A DNA stretch of 60,472 nucleotides from an uncultured Brevinema sp. GTDB lineage: Bacteria; Spirochaetota; Brevinematia; Brevinematales; Brevinemataceae. The position numbers were made by a program, and so were the translations under genes. Positions 55,758 through 60,472 of the stretch are shown here, piece by piece (positions within the stretch are counted from its first letter, which is position 1; every line of letters begins with the position of its first letter). The notes beneath the pieces were generated by a model, which saw only the letters and a list, made by a program, of their open reading frames with translations, searched no databases and was not told the origin of the DNA. Location of the stretch: positions 1-60,472 of the forward strand of contig CAMQSH010000001.1 in assembly GCA_947036575.1 (NCBI GenBank). Reading direction: 5' to 3'.

Positions 55758-58004
55758 ATGTCTATTTCTATAAAAAATCAACAATTTCACTTACAGACAC
55801 CTACAACTAGTTATATTATGGATATTATATCAACTGGGGAATTGAGACATTTATACTACGGAAATAAACTTCATCAAGATGCAAAGTTAGAACACACAAA
55901 TCTTACTATGGTTTTAGCGGAAAGTCCAACAAAAGACAGGACCATATCTTATTATAATATTTCTCGTGAATATCCTAGCTATGGACGCTCTGATTATAGA
56001 GAAGGTTCTATACATATTCAAAATGATCAATATGGGGATACTATTATTGAGTTAGAATATTTATCTCATTATATTATATCAAATTGTCCTTCTTTAAAAA
56101 ATTTACCACATATTAGAAATACACAAGATAAGGCTGAGACTTTAGTTATTACTATGATTGATAAAAGTTTAGGATTAGAGATAGATTTATATTACACTAT
56201 CTTAGAAGAAAGTGATGTAATTACTCGATTTTCTATTATTAAAAATACAGGTTCTATGAACTTAAAGATATTATCTGCATTATCTTTATCGTTGGATATT
56301 TGTTGTGATAAAAATTGGGAACTTATTACTCTGAATGGTACTTGGGGTAGAGAAAGAAAATTAGAACGTTCTCCTATTTCTTATGGAGCTCATTATATTT
56401 CGAGTACTCAAGGTAACAGTAGTTCTTCTTTACATAATCCTTTTGGGATGCTTGTACGTCCCTATACAACAGAAACTAGTGGGGAAGCTATTGCAACGTC
56501 TCTTATTTATAGTGGAAATCATAAATTAAATGTTGAATTAACACCCCTAGATAATTTAAGACTTATGTTAGGTATCAATCCTTTTGATTTTAATTGGTCC
56601 TTAAATCCTGGTGAAGAATTCACTACTCCTCAAGCTGTTATTTGTTACTCAAGTCAAGGTATGGGCAGCGTTTCTCGTGAACTACACCATTTTGTTCAAA
56701 ATAGAATTATTAACCCAAAATGGAAAGACCATCAACGTTATATTCTTATTAATAATTGGGAGGGAACATACTTTGATTTTAATGAAGATAAAATTCTTGC
56801 TATGGCAGAAGAGGCTAAAAAACTAGGTATTGAATTATTCGTTCTTGATGATGGGTGGTTTGGACATAGAGACAATGATTTTACCTCATTAGGGGATTGG
56901 TTTGATTATAAAACTAAACTACCTAATGGAATAAAAGGTCTCTCTCAAAAGATCTCAGACCTTGGGTTAAAATTTGGACTTTGGTTTGAACCAGAAATGA
57001 TTAGTGAAGATAGTGATCTCTTTAAAAATCATCCAGAATGGCGTATTGAATGTCCTAGATATATACCTTGTCAAGGTCGAAATCAATATGTATTAGATAT
57101 GACTAGAAAAGATGTTCAAGACTATTTATACGAAAAAATTAGTAGTGTTTTAGAGGAATCTACAATTCATTATGTGAAATGGGATAAAAATCGAAATCTT
57201 ACTGATATTATGAGTAGAGAATTACCAGTAAATCAACAAAAAGAATTTGTACATCGTTATATGTTGAGTCTTTATCAACTTTTTGATCGTTTAATAACAA
57301 AATTTCCTGACATACTCTTTGAAAGTTGTTCTGCTGGAGGAAATCGTTTTGATTTAGGAATGTTGTACTATATGCCTCAAACATGGGCTAGTGATAATAC
57401 AGATGCTATTCAACGCCTTGATATCCAGTGGGGTTCTAGCATGGGCTATCCTCTATCTTCTATAGGTTCTCATGTTTCAGAAAGTCCAAATCATCAAACA
57501 GGAAGATATGCCTCTCTTCAACTAAGAGGTGCTGTTGCTTTATTTGGAACTTTTGGTTATGAACTAGATCCTCTTAAAATCCCTTTAAAAGAAAAGGAAA
57601 TTATCAAACAACAAATCCATGCATTCAAAAAATATAGAACACTTATTAGTCAAGGTGATTTTTATCGTATTCAAAGCCCTGAAACAAATGTTTGTTCTTG
57701 GGGTGTTGTTTCCTCTGATAAAACAGAAGCGTTAATCATGGTCACAAGAATACTATCTTCTGCAAATCCTACAATGATAAAAATTAACATTCCTAATTTA
57801 ATTTCAAGTGCATTGTATTCTGTAGATGAACTAGGAATAACAGCCTATGGAAATGAATTAATGAATTCAGGACTTTGGATGCCTGTCTCTAATGAGTTTA
57901 TTAAGAATACAGAATTATCTTGTTTCTGTTCTTGGAATAGATCAGGGATAGATCCTTGTTTTCCAGATTTTTCAGGAATGGTTTTTCATATAAAAAAAAT
58001 ATAA
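55758..58004 (+). CDS. GH36 alpha-galactosidase
   Basis: Motifs FVLDDGWF, VKWDKNRN, ESCSAGGNRFD. 748 aa. Confidence 0.88.
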   Translation: MSISIKNQQFHLQTPTTSYIMDIISTGELRHLYYGNKLHQDAKLEHTNLTMVLAESPTKDRTISYYNISREYPSYGRSDYREGSIHIQNDQYGDTIIELEYLSHYIISNCPSLKNLPHIRNTQDKAETLVITMIDKSLGLEIDLYYTILEESDVITRFSIIKNTGSMNLKILSALSLSLDICCDKNWELITLNGTWGRERKLERSPISYGAHYISSTQGNSSSSLHNPFGMLVRPYTTETSGEAIATSLIYSGNHKLNVELTPLDNLRLMLGINPFDFNWSLNPGEEFTTPQAVICYSSQGMGSVSRELHHFVQNRIINPKWKDHQRYILINNWEGTYFDFNEDKILAMAEEAKKLGIELFVLDDGWFGHRDNDFTSLGDWFDYKTKLPNGIKGLSQKISDLGLKFGLWFEPEMISEDSDLFKNHPEWRIECPRYIPCQGRNQYVLDMTRKDVQDYLYEKISSVLEESTIHYVKWDKNRNLTDIMSRELPVNQQKEFVHRYMLSLYQLFDRLITKFPDILFESCSAGGNRFDLGMLYYMPQTWASDNTDAIQRLDIQWGSSMGYPLSSIGSHVSESPNHQTGRYASLQLRGAVALFGTFGYELDPLKIPLKEKEIIKQQIHAFKKYRTLISQGDFYRIQSPETNVCSWGVVSSDKTEALIMVTRILSSANPTMIKINIPNLISSALYSVDELGITAYGNELMNSGLWMPVSNEFIKNTELSCFCSWNRSGIDPCFPDFSGMVFHIKKI

Positions 58005-58039
58005 ATTAAAATAATATAAGAATACAAGGAGTAATATAT

Positions 58040-59365
58040 ATGCTTAGTTTTTCAGAGAAATCTGCCTACGGTATGGGGGCTTTTGGTAAAGATATTGCTA
58101 TTACCACAGTTTATTTATTTTTAATGTTTTACTTAACAGATGTTGTTGGACTAAATCCAGCTTTTGTTGGTACCTTATTTTTAATTACTCGTTTATGGGA
58201 TGCTTTTAACGATCCTATGATGGGAATGATTGTTGATAATACTCGTACTAAATGGGGGAAATTCAAACCTTGGATAGCTATTGGAACTATTACGAATTCA
58301 ATTATTCTCTTACTATTATTCTATCAACCTTCTTTTATTAGTAAAGATGGTATGTATATTTATATTACTATTACTTATGTTTTATGGGGCATGACATATA
58401 CAATGATAGATATTCCTTTTTGGTCTATGGTTCCTGTTGTTGCAACTTCACAGTCTGATAGAGCTCAAATTGCTACTATTTTACGATTTTGTGCAAGTAT
58501 CCCATGGATGTTAGTGGGTACCTTTGGATTGAGTATTATTTCTAAACTCAGTGGAGGAAGTATTCAGGCTATAGAACAAAGTCAAGGCTTTTTCTTAATA
58601 ACAGTAGGATTGATTTTTATTTTTAATCTCTCTATATTAATCTTATTAGTTAAATTAAAAACAAACGAGAAAGATAATACCCACCAAGAAAAAATTACTA
58701 TTAAACAAGCATTTACTATCATTTCTAAAAATGATCAATTACTAGCATTTATGGGAATTGTTTTACTTTTTAATAGTATGGTCCAATTAGTTAATGGAGC
58801 AAGTCTATACTTCTTTACTTATGTTTCTGGAGATAAGAATTTATTTAGTGTGTTTTCTGGCGTAGGTGGTATTGCAGAATTAGCTGGCATTTTTTCCTAT
58901 CCTATTATTGCAAAATATTTAGATCCTAAAAAATCATTTGCCTTAGCTTGTACTATTCCTATTACGGGTTGGTTGTTACTTCTTTATTCAAGTTATTTTG
59001 CACCTACTAATATTCCTATTGTAATGTTTTCAAGTATTTTTTATAAAATTGGTGCAGGATTATTTTTAGCTGGATCTATAGTAATGCTTGCTAATATTGT
59101 AGATTATTCTGAGAAAAAATTTGGTACACGAAATGAAAGTATTATATTCTCTATACAAACTCTCTTGGTAAAATCAGCTTCTGCATTTAGTGGTTGGATA
59201 GTTGGAATTTCATTAGCTCTTTCTGGATATATAGCAAATCAAGTACAAACAGAGTCAGTACTGATGACTATCCGTATGTTAATGACAGTTATTCCTTTAG
59301 TACTTGGATTATTAGCACTTTATATAGATAAGAAATATTTCAAATTACATTCTATTCAAGATTAA
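58040..59365 (+). CDS. glycoside-pentoside-hexuronide (GPH):cation symporter (melibiose/raffinose-type)
   Basis: GPH signature RLWDAFNDPMMGMIVDNTRTKWGKFKPW. 12 TM segments. Confidence 0.85.
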   Translation: MLSFSEKSAYGMGAFGKDIAITTVYLFLMFYLTDVVGLNPAFVGTLFLITRLWDAFNDPMMGMIVDNTRTKWGKFKPWIAIGTITNSIILLLLFYQPSFISKDGMYIYITITYVLWGMTYTMIDIPFWSMVPVVATSQSDRAQIATILRFCASIPWMLVGTFGLSIISKLSGGSIQAIEQSQGFFLITVGLIFIFNLSILILLVKLKTNEKDNTHQEKITIKQAFTIISKNDQLLAFMGIVLLFNSMVQLVNGASLYFFTYVSGDKNLFSVFSGVGGIAELAGIFSYPIIAKYLDPKKSFALACTIPITGWLLLLYSSYFAPTNIPIVMFSSIFYKIGAGLFLAGSIVMLANIVDYSEKKFGTRNESIIFSIQTLLVKSASAFSGWIVGISLALSGYIANQVQTESVLMTIRMLMTVIPLVLGLLALYIDKKYFKLHSIQD

Positions 59366-59379
59366 ATAAATACAAGAGG

Positions 59380-59965
59380 TTACAAAGACCCCCCCCCACC
59401 CTCAACAATAGCCACTTCCTCAGGCCTCAATTCATAGAGAGCATAAACGAGTTTATTGATCTGATTTTCTTCTACGCTAATATCTTAATTCGATTCTTTC
59501 TTTTTTAGGATTTTACCTACTAAGTCCGTGATCTGAGTTTCCTACTCTGGTGTAGCTACTGATATTGGGAACTTTACGAGTCTATCTTTCCTATCCTTTA
59601 TCACTAAGTTATATAGGTGATATAAATTTATAAAATAAATAATATCCTAGTTGTGAAAATAAAATTCCCATAATATAGGGTAAATGATTCCCTGTCATAA
59701 TAAAATTTTTTTATCAGGATGTATTCCTTTTGTATCATAGCAAAAACTAGCTTATTGCGTTGTTTCAAGATAGATAATCTTAGGTTTATCAAAATCTTCT
59801 AAATAAGCATAATTACAAAGATTATCAGGAGTATCTCCTTGATTTTGTTATTTCTGTACTGTTTTGATCTAGGTGTTTTTTGATAGCTGGATAATCATCA
59901 ATTTTGATAGGATCTATATTTTTTCTTTTTACCCCATTATGAGTGTTTATCAACCACTTATCAAA
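59380..59965 (-). pseudogene. decayed C-terminal (TaqI-like specificity) region of a type IIG/Eco57I-like RM methyltransferase
   Basis: Minus-strand fragments in three frames: FDKWLINTHNGVKRKNIDPIKIDDYPAIKKHL; QGDTPDNLCNYAYLEDFDKPKIIYLETT; KERIELKILAVEENQINKLVYALYELRPEEVAIVEGGGGSL*. Confidence 0.7.
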
Positions 59966-59986
59966 AAAAACTCAACACAATCTCAA
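59951..59986. repeat. dispersed motif, copy 2
   Basis: CAACCACTTATCAAAAAAAACTCAACACAATCTCAA. Matches 37692-37734. Confidence 0.6.
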
Positions 59987-59994
59987 CATGTTTT

Positions 59995-60472
59995 TCACTT
60001 TATTAATTTAGAAATTTCTTTAGCTTGTGGGTGAGCAAAAGTTCTTATTAATTCAAAGAGAATACTTTCATTAGAGCTGATAAGTACCCCTTCTTGTTTT
60101 AATCGCTCTAGAGCGAGTGTTTTATTTTCTAATTTGCGAGAAGAAATAGCATCCCAAATCACAATAGGCGTATACCCTGATTCTTTAAGATCTATTGCCG
60201 TTTGTAGTACACAAATATGAGATTCTATTCCACAAATAATAACGTTTTTAATAGCGTTCGTTTTTAACCATTCTTTGTAAGGGATATTATCAACGCAACT
60301 AAACTCTATCTTTTCAAAATAATGATAATCCGAGAGTCGCTCTTTAATAGGTGGCACTGTTATACCTAGTTTAGCAGAGTTTTGTTCTGTGATGGCAATA
60401 GGTAAATTTAATAAGCTACATCCTTTAATAAGAGCACAACAATTTGCTAATAGCTTTTCATACTCATAAATA
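59995..60472 (-). CDS. isochorismatase-family (cysteine hydrolase) protein, N-terminus outside window
   Basis: The frame stays open upstream of the listed GTG to the window edge (IYEYEKLLANCCALIKGCSLLNLPIAITEQNSAKLGIT...). Catalytic-Cys region VIICGIESHICV. Confidence 0.7.
   Translation of the reverse strand, partial: IYEYEKLLANCCALIKGCSLLNLPIAITEQNSAKLGITVPPIKERLSDYHYFEKIEFSCVDNIPYKEWLKTNAIKNVIICGIESHICVLQTAIDLKESGYTPIVIWDAISSRKLENKTLALERLKQEGVLISSNESILFELIRTFAHPQAKEISKLIK

Overview
This is an AT-rich segment (roughly 28-30% GC by eye) from a low-GC diderm bacterium. It has outer-membrane beta-barrel genes ending in Phe and many lipoproteins. It could be Fusobacteriota/Leptotrichiaceae-like, but that is only a guess. 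Most of the window is carbohydrate catabolism.

(1) 1.6-15.5 kb is a glycosaminoglycan (GAG) utilisation locus. It holds a PL8 lyase, two paralogous porin-like OMPs, an EEP lipoprotein, kduI, mannose-family PTS IIB/IIC/IID, a GH88 unsaturated glucuronyl hydrolase, kduD, an IclR regulator and a heparinase II/III-like protein.

(2) 15.5-24.9 kb is a sugar-acid operon: dgoD-like dehydratase, TRAP transporter, IlvD/Edd-family dehydratase, DapA-family lyase, kdgK and eda, plus a second IclR regulator.

(3) 25.4-30.4 kb is a GntR-controlled operon with PTS EIICB, an M20 peptidase, an RPE-like epimerase and a UPF0303 protein. Its substrate is unknown.

(4) 30.4-38.0 kb is a small accessory island. 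It contains a lipoprotein gene with an in-frame stop, a low-complexity membrane protein, a Septu-like ATPase+HNH pair and an acetate-channel gene. It also has a consensus-promoter-driven, strongly structured ~233-nt RNA of unknown class, tandemly duplicated lipoprotein genes, and an orphan palm-domain nucleotide-cyclase-like gene.

(5) 38.1-43.5 kb is an mngR-mngA-mngB-like mannosyl-glycerate PTS/GH38 operon.

(6) 44.5-47.4 kb is a gene-decay zone.

(7) 47.4-55.4 kb is a 7-gene surface-glycan operon (two GT2, two polytopic membrane proteins, SDR, TIM-barrel isomerase, FAD oxidoreductase). One gene in it is bracketed by 107-bp direct repeats.

(8) 55.7-59.4 kb encodes a GH36 alpha-galactosidase and a GPH transporter.

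(9) 59.4-60.0 kb is a decayed restriction-modification methyltransferase C-terminus, followed by a partial isochorismatase-family gene.

I saw no rRNA, tRNA, CRISPR array, transposase or integrase. The most interesting unexplained items are the structured RNA at 35099-35331 and the effector-less cyclase-like gene at 36802-37605, both in the island that also carries the Septu-like pair.
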